Shown here piece by piece: positions 50,420 to 59,314 of a stretch of DNA of 64,000 nt; position 1 is the first letter of the stretch, and each line of letters opens with the position of its first letter. Location: sequence record NC_041878.1. One strand, 5' to 3'. Position numbers and translations under genes: made by a program. Under the pieces are notes generated by a model. The model was not told the DNA's origin. It ran no database searches and saw only the letters and a list, made by a program, of their open reading frames with translations.

Positions 50420-51100
50420 TTAGTAAAACCCTGCTTGGCGGTACGAAAGTACTGACAAAATAAACCTGATCCTATCGAAAATGTAGATGGCAGATGAGAA
50501 GTTCAAGCAGTTCGCAGTGCAGAAGACACCCGTTAGGAGATGGCATAGTTTGTACCACCCACGGCAATACGGCACTATAAAGAAGTACACTAGACTTGAT
50601 AGTACTTCCTCGATAGATATATAGGTTCGCACCCTACCAATAAGTTAAGGGAGTTTATCTGGATGATAAATTTGCGATGGATTTTTGTACAATATTGATC
50701 CGTCTAAATTTCCAGATGAATAGGTACTGAGTTTGATTGTATAGACTTAGTGCTGAGTGTGGTTAGCCCACGACCGTTACTATATGAACTGCGATAGAGA
50801 GAAACAGAGTAACCCGCTTTCATTCTACCTTGTAGAAATTCGCAATACAATGAATCGACGACTATCATCGTCAGATATAAATCAGTACTTTAAATAGTAC
50901 TTTTTTTACGCCTTCATTCCCCTGCGGGGGGATGATAGAATCTCTACAAATCTCGTCAGTAATAAATGTGTTAAACGTACAGAATGATATGAATTGAGTT
51001 GTCTCAGTACAAACGTAGTGCAGTACAGAACAACGAAAATTCTTTGACATTCGAAGAATGGCAAATCTCAATCTTATAAAGAGTACAGAAATTCAGACAC
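50420..51100 (+). ncRNA. candidate large structured non-coding RNA (or origin-priming transcript)
   Basis: Dedicated promoter; no RBS-led ORF; many stems with G-U pairs, a GAAA and a cUGCGg tetraloop; possible 3' ends near 50907 or 51127. Confidence 0.55.
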
Positions 51101-51127
51101 AAAAAAACCAGCACTAAGGCTGGTTCT
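51101..51127 (-). terminator. terminator (long T-tract on the minus strand, possibly bidirectional)
   Basis: Minus strand reads AACCAGC-cttagt-GCTGGTTTTTTT, starting a few nt after the TAA at 51131. Confidence 0.8.
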
Positions 51128-51130
51128 TTA

Positions 51131-51349
51131 TTATCTTTTATTTTCCTTTTTGACCTTTTTATTGTATTGCTTCACCAACAGGTCACGGTCAGTCACAGGC
51201 ATATTGAGTAGCATTTCATAGCTAGTATTCTCAATATATACAGAAACCTCCATTAAACCATTTTTTATATCTTCACAGTTCATACGAAGGTCTGCGATTT
51301 CCTGCATAATTTCTTCTGGTTCAGAAATTAGAAGCTTTGTTCGAAAAAA
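51131..51349 (-). CDS. hidden -1-frame ORF downstream of the gp26-like gene (G/GT 'T' or gp51-like domain)
   Basis: The -1 frame is open from the UUUUUUC slippery site to TAA 51131. It encodes RTKLLISEPEEI then MQEIADLRMNCEDIKNGLMEVSVYIENTSYEMLLNMPVTDRDLLVKQYNKKVKKENKR (58 aa from ATG 51307, below the track cutoff). Confidence 0.75.
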   Translation of the reverse strand, partial: FFRTKLLISEPEEIMQEIADLRMNCEDIKNGLMEVSVYIENTSYEMLLNMPVTDRDLLVKQYNKKVKKENKR

Positions 51350-52185
51350 TTGCTAGGATCGAATTGTAGATTCTCGATAGTCCATTCATGACCACAACTA
51401 GAACATCCAACATCCATAGTATGACTGACACCAATATTATTGATTAAGTCAGATTTTTCACGGATTTGTTTTAGAATAAATGCTGGTTGTGCACCTAACC
51501 ATTCTGCAATAAATTCACGTTCAGTGATTTTATCCCCTTCCACAGTTTCAATACTGTCAATATTTGCAACAATCATATCAAAACTTAGCTTAGTCATTTC
51601 TTCAAAAATTTGACTGAACATTTCCATTTTTTCTTCATCACTCATCTCTTCTAGATCTTCTAGCATACGAGCTTTCTTTTGTTGCTGGAACATTTTTTGT
51701 CCAAATACTGAATATTCTTCCCATGTATGAGGTTTGAATTTTAGTAGCAATCCACCAACATCTTCTAGTAGAAGTTCAGGTTGTTCTTCTAGTAATTCTG
51801 CACTATCAAGTAGGAATTGTAGGTCACGCTCAAATGCACCGTGATGACCACATTCAGGACAATCTACTTCAATGTGATATTCTCTTTCTTTGGTTGCTAA
51901 TTTGATACCGATTAGAAGCAACTCAACATCAGGTACAAATAGTTTACGAGCATCACCAATGTTAGGAACACAATTCTCAATAACATTCGCTACTGCTTCA
52001 CCATTCATTAATGCATCTGGATTGTTAAACATTAATTCATCTCTTGCTGAACGAGCACAAATACCACATTCAACTGTATCATTTACTAAAACACCAGCAG
52101 GATATTTGATAACATCATTACTTACTAGTTTAGTATAAAGTACTTCAACCTTTGTGTACTTTGATAAAGGGTTCATCTTATTCAT
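51328..52185 (-). CDS. gp26: baseplate hub / tail assembly chaperone, T4 gp26-like
   Basis: CPECG and CSSCG motifs; D.E.LL..IK.AT pattern; TATAAATA at 52238-52231. Confidence 0.7.
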   Translation of the reverse strand: MNKMNPLSKYTKVEVLYTKLVSNDVIKYPAGVLVNDTVECGICARSARDELMFNNPDALMNGEAVANVIENCVPNIGDARKLFVPDVELLLIGIKLATKEREYHIEVDCPECGHHGAFERDLQFLLDSAELLEEQPELLLEDVGGLLLKFKPHTWEEYSVFGQKMFQQQKKARMLEDLEEMSDEEKMEMFSQIFEEMTKLSFDMIVANIDSIETVEGDKITEREFIAEWLGAQPAFILKQIREKSDLINNIGVSHTMDVGCSSCGHEWTIENLQFDPSNFFEQSF

Positions 52186-52249
52186 ATCGACTCCATAATA
52201 AATACGACTATACTATAAATTTGTATTAGTTATTTATAAGGAAAATCAC

Positions 52250-54418
52250 ATGGCAGGAATAGGCTCTGATATTATTCAACAGCAATTGTTGGATCAAAGT
52301 ATTGCTATGAATGATAATTTAAGTGCGATGCGTACAGTACTTCTTGATATTGAAAAGAATACCAAGAATGGAAGTGGATCAGGTGGTTCTGGCGGCAATG
52401 GTGGTAGTGGAAACCCTGGAAACCGAAATGATCGTAGAGGCGGCGGTGGAAGTGGTGGAAACCCATTCAAAGATGCATTTAAAGATTTATTCGGTGAAGC
52501 AAAAAATATGGGTAGAACCATATTAGGAAATAACGGTTCCATTCAAAATACAGTTGGGGCATTCACTACTTCAGCTAGAGTACTACAAAACTCATTAGGT
52601 AAACTACCTGGGCCAATCGGCTTAGCAGCTAATGCATTTCTTTCAATCGTTCAGGTTGGTGGACAAGTCTACGAGTACTTGAATGAACAATTAAACATGT
52701 ATAACCAGTTAAACAGTGCTGGTCTTACTCTTGCTGATGGTATGTTGACAGTACGTAAAGGTTCTGGTGCTGCATTCATGAGTATAAATGAATTTGGTGC
52801 TGCATTAACAAAGAACAGTGATGCACTAGCAGCAATGGAAGGTCAATATGGTGATGGTGTTGAACACTTCGGTAAATTGCTAAATAGTGTCCAGCTTGTA
52901 CAAGAACAAATGGGATTGTACGGTGTTAGTGTTCAACAACTAGCAGACTTAACAGCTAAGAACTACAAGTATCAAAAAATGTATTCTAGCCAAGCTACAT
53001 TGAATTCAATTAACGAACAAGCTAGTACTACTAAGTTTGTTGGTCAAATGACATATTTGAGTAAGGCTGTTGGTAAGAGTGTTGATGAATTACTTGCTCG
53101 TTTTTCTGATTTAAGTACTAACATTGATTCTGGTGCAATTATATCTGGTTTACAAAACCGTGCTGGTCAAACTGAAAAACAAGCACTTGATGTAAACAAA
53201 TCATGGACAGCAATGTATGCGTCTTTAGGTGAATTTGGTAAGACTGCACAAAGAATTAACGCTTCAAAATGGGGTCTAGGTTCATTACCAGATGAATTTA
53301 CTGATGTTGTTTCACAACAATATGCAGATTTTATGGAACAGGTTCAACGGGCAGGTATTACTGACCAACGAACTATTAACCAATTAAACGCTAAATTCAT
53401 TAAAGACCATGAAGACCAAATTAAGAAACAAGCAGATATTGACCGTGCAGTAGGTAACACGGCGGCAGAAACATTCCACCGTCAAATGCTACAAGCGGCG
53501 AACACCTTAAACGACCCAAAAAATAATCCTAACCCAGCAATTGAAGCATTCACTAATAGATTTAATTTATGGATTGGTAAAACATTTACTGAACCATTCA
53601 ATGCATTCTATACAAGAACTGCTGAAAATGCAGTTAAATATCTAAGTGATTTGGCTGATAGAAGTACTGACTCATGGGATTTCATGGCTAATTTAGCAAA
53701 AGATGCCTTTACGAAATTTGATGCAGGTATGCTTGGGCCGTTTGGTGAATTAATAAAACTTCCTGGTAAGTTAATGGAAGGAATATTTGGTGATACGTGG
53801 ACTAAATTATCTAGTGCATTTGATAATTTGGCTGGAGATATAGTACAGATTCCGATTCGTATAGGTAAATTAATTTGGGAAATGTTTACTGGTTCAGAAG
53901 AAGAAGTTGATGCTGCTGGTAAGCAATTAATGGGTTCAATTAAGAGAATATTCTCGGATGTAGTGGGTGTTTTCACAAGGATTGGTGAATTAAGTATAAA
54001 TTTCGATGATGTTAAGAAAGGATTTACTGAGGCTATTGAGTCCTTAAAAAATAAATTCACTAAATTGTGGAGTCGTATTAAAAACTGGTGGTCAGATTCA
54101 GAAGAACCTGAAGAAAAAACTACACCAACTGCTTCAACTACAACACCACCTGTTTCACCAACTGCTTCACAGCCTAAAACTGCTGGAGTACAGAAAGTTA
54201 CTGCACAACCTGAATTCACTAAACCAGTGAAAATAGAACAAGCGGAGCAAACTGCACCGCAAGAAACACAGACCGCTCAAAATAATACGAATGATTCTGT
54301 AAATAAGCTACTTTCGGGAATACTAAATAACTTAGAATCTCAAGTACAGAATAATAACCAATTGGCTATTATCTTACGTCAGATTGCTGAGAATACAGAA
54401 CCACCTCGAAATGTATAA
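52250..54418 (+). CDS. putative tape-measure / gp29-like helical tail protein, 722 aa
   Basis: A/G/L/Q-rich helical composition, aromatic-spaced repeats in the C-terminal half, low-complexity termini; late promoter at 52197-52204. Confidence 0.5.
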   Translation: MAGIGSDIIQQQLLDQSIAMNDNLSAMRTVLLDIEKNTKNGSGSGGSGGNGGSGNPGNRNDRRGGGGSGGNPFKDAFKDLFGEAKNMGRTILGNNGSIQNTVGAFTTSARVLQNSLGKLPGPIGLAANAFLSIVQVGGQVYEYLNEQLNMYNQLNSAGLTLADGMLTVRKGSGAAFMSINEFGAALTKNSDALAAMEGQYGDGVEHFGKLLNSVQLVQEQMGLYGVSVQQLADLTAKNYKYQKMYSSQATLNSINEQASTTKFVGQMTYLSKAVGKSVDELLARFSDLSTNIDSGAIISGLQNRAGQTEKQALDVNKSWTAMYASLGEFGKTAQRINASKWGLGSLPDEFTDVVSQQYADFMEQVQRAGITDQRTINQLNAKFIKDHEDQIKKQADIDRAVGNTAAETFHRQMLQAANTLNDPKNNPNPAIEAFTNRFNLWIGKTFTEPFNAFYTRTAENAVKYLSDLADRSTDSWDFMANLAKDAFTKFDAGMLGPFGELIKLPGKLMEGIFGDTWTKLSSAFDNLAGDIVQIPIRIGKLIWEMFTGSEEEVDAAGKQLMGSIKRIFSDVVGVFTRIGELSINFDDVKKGFTEAIESLKNKFTKLWSRIKNWWSDSEEPEEKTTPTASTTTPPVSPTASQPKTAGVQKVTAQPEFTKPVKIEQAEQTAPQETQTAQNNTNDSVNKLLSGILNNLESQVQNNNQLAIILRQIAENTEPPRNV

Positions 54419-54434
54419 TGGAGTTACATAAAAT

Positions 54435-56171
54435 ATGAGTTGGAAACGACATATGACAATGGGGCGTTCGAAAATTTCGAGCACCCCTCAGAACAATAAT
54501 CCAGTACAAACAACCGGAGCGAAGACAAACTTCGCTTCATATCTACCTGCTGTTTATACTGGTCTTTCAAACCGTGTTGACCGTTATCGTCAATACGATC
54601 AAATGGACCAAGATCCAGAAATTAGAACCGCTTTAAACATTATTGCGGATTTCTGTACTCAGAGTACTAAAGATTTCGGATTACCGTTCCAAATACAATA
54701 TAAAGATGATATGGGTGATACAGAAGTAACCACGCTAGAAGATAGATTGGAATCATGGTCTGACCAGAACCAATTTAAGATCAGAATTTATGATATTATT
54801 CGTGGTATTTTAAAATACGGCGACCAATTCTTTGTTCGTGATCCAGAAACCTTTGAATGGTATTGGGTAAACCCAATGAACGTGGATAAAGTAGTAGTCA
54901 ATGAAGCTACTGGTAAAAATCCAATCATTTATTATATGCGTGACATTTCTTTGAACATTCGTGACAAAGTTATGAGTAATAACCAGTTTGGATTTGACAA
55001 ACAAGCTTATCCTGGTTCATTACCTAACTCATTAGCAGGTTCAGGAACACAATATGGTTCAATTGGTAGTAGTGGCGGTGGTAGTACTGATAGTTCTAAT
55101 CCATTCGGCACTAATGGTCAATTAGATGTTCTTCCAGTAGCGGCAGAACATGTAATTCATCTATCCTTAAACACTGGACAAGATGCTTTCTGGCCTTTCG
55201 GCACTAGTATCTTAGAAAATATCTTTAAAGTATATAAACAAAAAGAATTATTAGAAGATAGTATTATTATATACCGTGTACAACGTGCACCAGAACGTCG
55301 TGTTTTCAAAATTGACGTAGGTGATATGCAACCGCACCAAGCGATGGCTTATGTTGAGCGTGTTAAGAATGATATTCACCAAAGACGTATTCCGTCGAAT
55401 AAAGGTGGTAGTACTTCATTAATGGATGCAGCATATAACCCATTAAGTATTTTAGAAGACTATTTCTTCCCACAAACAGCAGAAGGACGTGGTTCTTCAG
55501 TAGAAACGTTACCCGGCGGGGATAACTTAGGTCAGATTGATGACTTACGTTACTTTAATAACAAATTAATCCGTGGTCTACAAATCCCAGCATCATATCT
55601 ACCTATGGGTCCAGATGATGGCGGCGTTGCATTGTTTGGTGATGGTGCAACTCAAGCAATGGCAAGTGAACTACGTTTTAATAATGAATGTATGCGTTAT
55701 CAACGTATTATTTCAAGAATCTTCGATGAAGAATTCAAACGATACATGATTAAGAATGGATATAACATTAGTGCTTCATCATTTGAAGTAACATTCAACC
55801 CTCCAATGAACTTTGCTGCGAATCGTAAAGCTGAAATGGATGCTAAGTTGATTCAAACTTATATGCCACTAAATGATCTCAAATATTTCTCTAAACAGTT
55901 CATTATGAAAAAAATGGGCTTCGAACAAGATGAAATTGTTGAGAACGAAAAACTATGGATGCAAGAAAATCCTGAAGCAATGCAAAATGCTGGACCGGAT
56001 GCTCCTGGAGCAGATGCAGGTCTACAATCTGTTGGTATTGAATCACCAAATAACCCTGAACAAGATTTAGGTATGGATGATGACGGTAATTTACAGGATG
56101 CAGATGCAGAATATCAAGACCAAAGTGGTTCTGATGGATTTGATCCAAATAGTTTAGGCAATTCATTTTAA
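54435..56171 (+). CDS. gp20: portal protein, T4 gp20-like
   Basis: LLEDSIIIYRVQRAPERRVFKIDVG, EDYFFP...GRGSSVETLPGG.NLG.IDD..YF..KL..GL..P.S. Confidence 0.95.
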   Translation: MSWKRHMTMGRSKISSTPQNNNPVQTTGAKTNFASYLPAVYTGLSNRVDRYRQYDQMDQDPEIRTALNIIADFCTQSTKDFGLPFQIQYKDDMGDTEVTTLEDRLESWSDQNQFKIRIYDIIRGILKYGDQFFVRDPETFEWYWVNPMNVDKVVVNEATGKNPIIYYMRDISLNIRDKVMSNNQFGFDKQAYPGSLPNSLAGSGTQYGSIGSSGGGSTDSSNPFGTNGQLDVLPVAAEHVIHLSLNTGQDAFWPFGTSILENIFKVYKQKELLEDSIIIYRVQRAPERRVFKIDVGDMQPHQAMAYVERVKNDIHQRRIPSNKGGSTSLMDAAYNPLSILEDYFFPQTAEGRGSSVETLPGGDNLGQIDDLRYFNNKLIRGLQIPASYLPMGPDDGGVALFGDGATQAMASELRFNNECMRYQRIISRIFDEEFKRYMIKNGYNISASSFEVTFNPPMNFAANRKAEMDAKLIQTYMPLNDLKYFSKQFIMKKMGFEQDEIVENEKLWMQENPEAMQNAGPDAPGADAGLQSVGIESPNNPEQDLGMDDDGNLQDADAEYQDQSGSDGFDPNSLGNSF

Positions 56172-56228
56172 CAGTCATAAATAGTTATGTTCGTTCAGTG
56201 AACGATTAAATTAAAAGGAATATAGGTT

Positions 56229-56459
56229 ATGTTAGACGAAATTTTTGAAGCTAAAGATGATTCTATGTACGACCCTGAAGATGATCAGACTGTATATAAG
56301 ATCGACGATACTCGCAAACCTAAATTGACATTGCAAATTCTCAACAGCTTGAGAAAGTACAGGGAATTTAAAAAAAATGAAGCTGCTAAGCGTGATGCAG
56401 TTGTTGCAGTAGTTTATGCTCCTGCACCTGCTGATGATTCTGGTGGTGGAATGATGTAA
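56229..56459 (+). CDS. small head-module protein, 76 aa
   Basis: Own late promoter CATAAATA (56176-56183) and agga RBS. Confidence 0.75.
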   Translation: MLDEIFEAKDDSMYDPEDDQTVYKIDDTRKPKLTLQILNSLRKYREFKKNEAAKRDAVVAVVYAPAPADDSGGGMM

Positions 56460-56566
56460 TTATCGTGAAAAGTGCCATTTTTGAGCTTTTTCGAAAATGG
56501 TATTTTTTCAATCTATAAATAATGACATACCAAAAATAAATTTTTGTATATCTTTTGGAGGATATA

Positions 56567-57391
56567 ATGGCTAATATTAAACTATTGCAAGAAGCTATCC
56601 AAGCTTTTGCTAATGGCGATAACGAAGTAGCAGATAAGAAAATGCGTAAGTACTTTGTTGAGCAAGCACAAGAAATCAACAAAAAACTAGAAGAAGAAAT
56701 GGATTCTGAAGAAGAAATGTGTGAAGACATTGACACTGGCGAAGAAGAAGACATGACTGATGATGTTGGTTATAAACTAAATGAAGAAGAAGATCTAGAA
56801 GAAGGTCTATTCAATGAAGCTGATGAAGAAGCAGATTTATTTGTTTCTGGCGACGAAGGTTCTGCTGATTTTGATGTAGACGGCGAAGGTGAAGGTTCTG
56901 TAGAAGTATCCGGTGATGCTCCAGACGCTGACCAATGGGAATCAATCAAAACTGCATTTGATGCTCTAGAACGTATGTTCGATGAAATCGAAGGTGGTGA
57001 TGCTGAGTTTGATGATGAGTCTGCTGATTTCGGTGACGAAGAACAAGAATCTGATGAATTCGGTGATGTTGATTTCGGTGACGAAAAAATGGGTGAATCT
57101 TTCCAAATGAAGAAAGTTTCTGAACCAGAAAAATCAGAAAAAGCTGGTGTTAACAAGAAATCTGTAGTTGCTAAAAACGCTAAGTCTCCAGTAGACGGTG
57201 TTAAACCAGTAACTATCAAAGATGGTACTGTTGATGCAACTGATGATAAATTCGAAAACTCTGATGCATTGGATGCTAAAGTAGAAGACCATAACAACGT
57301 TATGGATAACGGTAAACACGTTATGAAACCTGCTAAAACCCCAAGCAACACTGCTGAAAAATCTAAATCAGTACTACCAAAACAAAAATAA
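56567..57391 (+). CDS. highly acidic prohead core protein (gp67/68-like position)
   Basis: Very D/E-rich; lies between portal and protease; TATAAATA at 56514-56521; ggagg RBS before MANIK (56567). Confidence 0.7.
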   Translation: MANIKLLQEAIQAFANGDNEVADKKMRKYFVEQAQEINKKLEEEMDSEEEMCEDIDTGEEEDMTDDVGYKLNEEEDLEEGLFNEADEEADLFVSGDEGSADFDVDGEGEGSVEVSGDAPDADQWESIKTAFDALERMFDEIEGGDAEFDDESADFGDEEQESDEFGDVDFGDEKMGESFQMKKVSEPEKSEKAGVNKKSVVAKNAKSPVDGVKPVTIKDGTVDATDDKFENSDALDAKVEDHNNVMDNGKHVMKPAKTPSNTAEKSKSVLPKQK

Positions 57392-57413
57392 TTAAAGAGC
57401 GGAGATCATTTTT

Positions 57414-58043
57414 ATGAGTATGTTAAGAGAATGGTCTTCATTCAATGATTCTAAAATAGTACTAGAGTACAAAGAAGATCAACAGACTGGTCGTAAAAAT
57501 TGCTATCTTAAAGGGATAGCAATTCAAGCAGACCGCCGTAATTTGAATGAACGTGTATACCCATTTGCCGAAATTGCGAAAGCAGTAAATAACATGGCTG
57601 AACGTATTGCACGTGGTGAAAGTATTCTTTGTGAATGTGATCACCCTGAAACCTTAACCGTTAACCTAGATCGTGTTGTTGGAATGATTACTAGTGTATG
57701 GATGGAAGGTGCTAATGGTATGGCTACTATTATGCTTCTAGATACTACACTTGGTAAGGACATTCGTACCATGATTGAAAGTGGTGTTAAGTTAGGTGTA
57801 AGTTCTCGTGGTTCAGGTAATGTTGATCATAACGGTATTGTATCGGATTTCGAAATCGTAACTATTGATATTGTGGCACAACCGAGTGCTCCAGATGCGT
57901 ATCCTAAAGCGGTATTTGAATCTCTGAATAGTAAGTACGGAGCACCTATTAGCGACTCAAATCGTGTATTTGAATCTAAAAAAGGTACTTTTAATTCTAT
58001 TGATGATGAAATTCATCAATTTTTTAAGAATTTAAAAGCTTAA
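57414..58043 (+). CDS. gp21: prohead core protease, T4 gp21-like
   Basis: N.N.RVYP, ECDHP, GVKLGVSSRG.G and D.VAQPSAP.A motifs. Confidence 0.93.
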   Translation: MSMLREWSSFNDSKIVLEYKEDQQTGRKNCYLKGIAIQADRRNLNERVYPFAEIAKAVNNMAERIARGESILCECDHPETLTVNLDRVVGMITSVWMEGANGMATIMLLDTTLGKDIRTMIESGVKLGVSSRGSGNVDHNGIVSDFEIVTIDIVAQPSAPDAYPKAVFESLNSKYGAPISDSNRVFESKKGTFNSIDDEIHQFFKNLKA

Positions 58044-58111
58044 TAAAATAATTTTATAAATATCTTTACATCAAGAGTACAGATATTATCAGTACTTAAA
58101 GGAGAAAACGA

Positions 58112-59236
58112 ATGTCAAAATTGGATAAGTTTCTAAACGAATCATCTCTTTCTGACGAAGCTAAAAAGCTTATTCAGGAAGCATGGAATGAAGAAAAGGC
58201 TAATGTAGCTGCTGAAATGCGTGAAGAAATGAAAGAACGTTACCAAGAAGACTTAGCAAAATTAACTGAAGGTCTAGACAAAATGATGGCTGATGTAATC
58301 AGCGAACAAATGTCTGAAGTATATGCTGAGAAGCGTAAACTTGTTGAAGATCGTGTTAAATTGCGTAAGACACTAGGTAATTTCTCAGATTTCGCTAACA
58401 CAGTATTAGCTGAAGAAGTTAAACAAATGCGTGAAGAACGCAAACACATCAACGAAAGTCTAGAAAAATTCATGGGATTCAGTAATCGTGTCCTAGCTGA
58501 AGAACTAAAAGACTTCCACGCTGAAAAACGTCAACTAGTTGAAACTCGCGTTAAGTTAATTGCTGAAGGTTCTAAACAAATCGCTGAAGCACGTGCAAAC
58601 TTTATTAAGCGTACCGCTGAAAGTGCTGCAACTTATATCGCTGAAACCACTGAGAAGAATCTTTCTGCTCTTAAAAGTGAACTAGTAGAAGCTAAACAAA
58701 ATATGTTTGGACGTAAGATTTTCGAAGCGTTTGCAAATGAATTCTATTCAAAACAATATAACGAAAGTTCTATTCTACGTGAATTGAATGAATCTGTGAA
58801 AGAAGCTGAAGATGAAGCTATGGCTGCTAAAGTTGCTCTACAAGAAGCAAAACAAGAAGCTGAAGCTGCGAAACGTAAAGTTCGTATCATGGAAGATAAA
58901 GCTGCTCGTTCAGCAATCATCTCTGAACTAACTAAACCTCTTACTTCACAACAAAAACAAATTATGGAATCACTACTTTCTGCAACTCCAACTGAGAAGC
59001 TAAAAGATGATTTCACTAAGTACCATAAGTCTGTACTTAAAGGTACTGTAAATGAATCTGCTGCTAATCCTAGCCGTCCAGCAGTTAATAACAAGGCTAA
59101 AAATACTTTAACGGAAGGTAAAGTTGTTACCGGAAACCGTCAAAGTGATTTCATTAAAAACGAAGAATTGGATGCTGATGACTTAGATTTCCTAAATGAA
59201 ATCTCAAGAAATGCAGGAATTTCAAAAAATCGTTAA
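58112..59236 (+). CDS. gp22: prohead scaffold, T4 gp22-like
   Basis: Coiled-coil E/K/A-rich protein between protease and capsid genes; TATAAATA at 58055-58062. Confidence 0.85.
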   Translation: MSKLDKFLNESSLSDEAKKLIQEAWNEEKANVAAEMREEMKERYQEDLAKLTEGLDKMMADVISEQMSEVYAEKRKLVEDRVKLRKTLGNFSDFANTVLAEEVKQMREERKHINESLEKFMGFSNRVLAEELKDFHAEKRQLVETRVKLIAEGSKQIAEARANFIKRTAESAATYIAETTEKNLSALKSELVEAKQNMFGRKIFEAFANEFYSKQYNESSILRELNESVKEAEDEAMAAKVALQEAKQEAEAAKRKVRIMEDKAARSAIISELTKPLTSQQKQIMESLLSATPTEKLKDDFTKYHKSVLKGTVNESAANPSRPAVNNKAKNTLTEGKVVTGNRQSDFIKNEELDADDLDFLNEISRNAGISKNR

Positions 59237-59314
59237 TTATTAAATGCTAATTTTTCTGTGAGATAAATAAAAGCATACAGAAAAGCAAAAAAATATCTTT
59301 TTAAGGAGATTATA

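Noticed and set aside
50420-51071. Small minus-strand ORFs 50420-50632 and 50871-51071
   Set aside because: No RBS, atypical composition, and they lie beyond a minus-strand terminator (51101-51127). The region is better explained as non-coding.
50417-51100. Group I/II intron, tmRNA, tRNA cluster or CRISPR array as the identity of the non-coding region
   Set aside because: No interrupted flanking gene, no recognisable P7 or domain V, no tRNA-like ends or T-loop, and no regularly spaced 25-45-nt repeats. A covariance search is still needed to be sure.
52294-58473. Antisense ORFs over the tape-measure-like, acidic core and scaffold genes (e.g. 53608-54219, 56770-57351)
   Set aside because: S/L/F-rich shadows of E/K/D-rich sense genes, with no independent signals.
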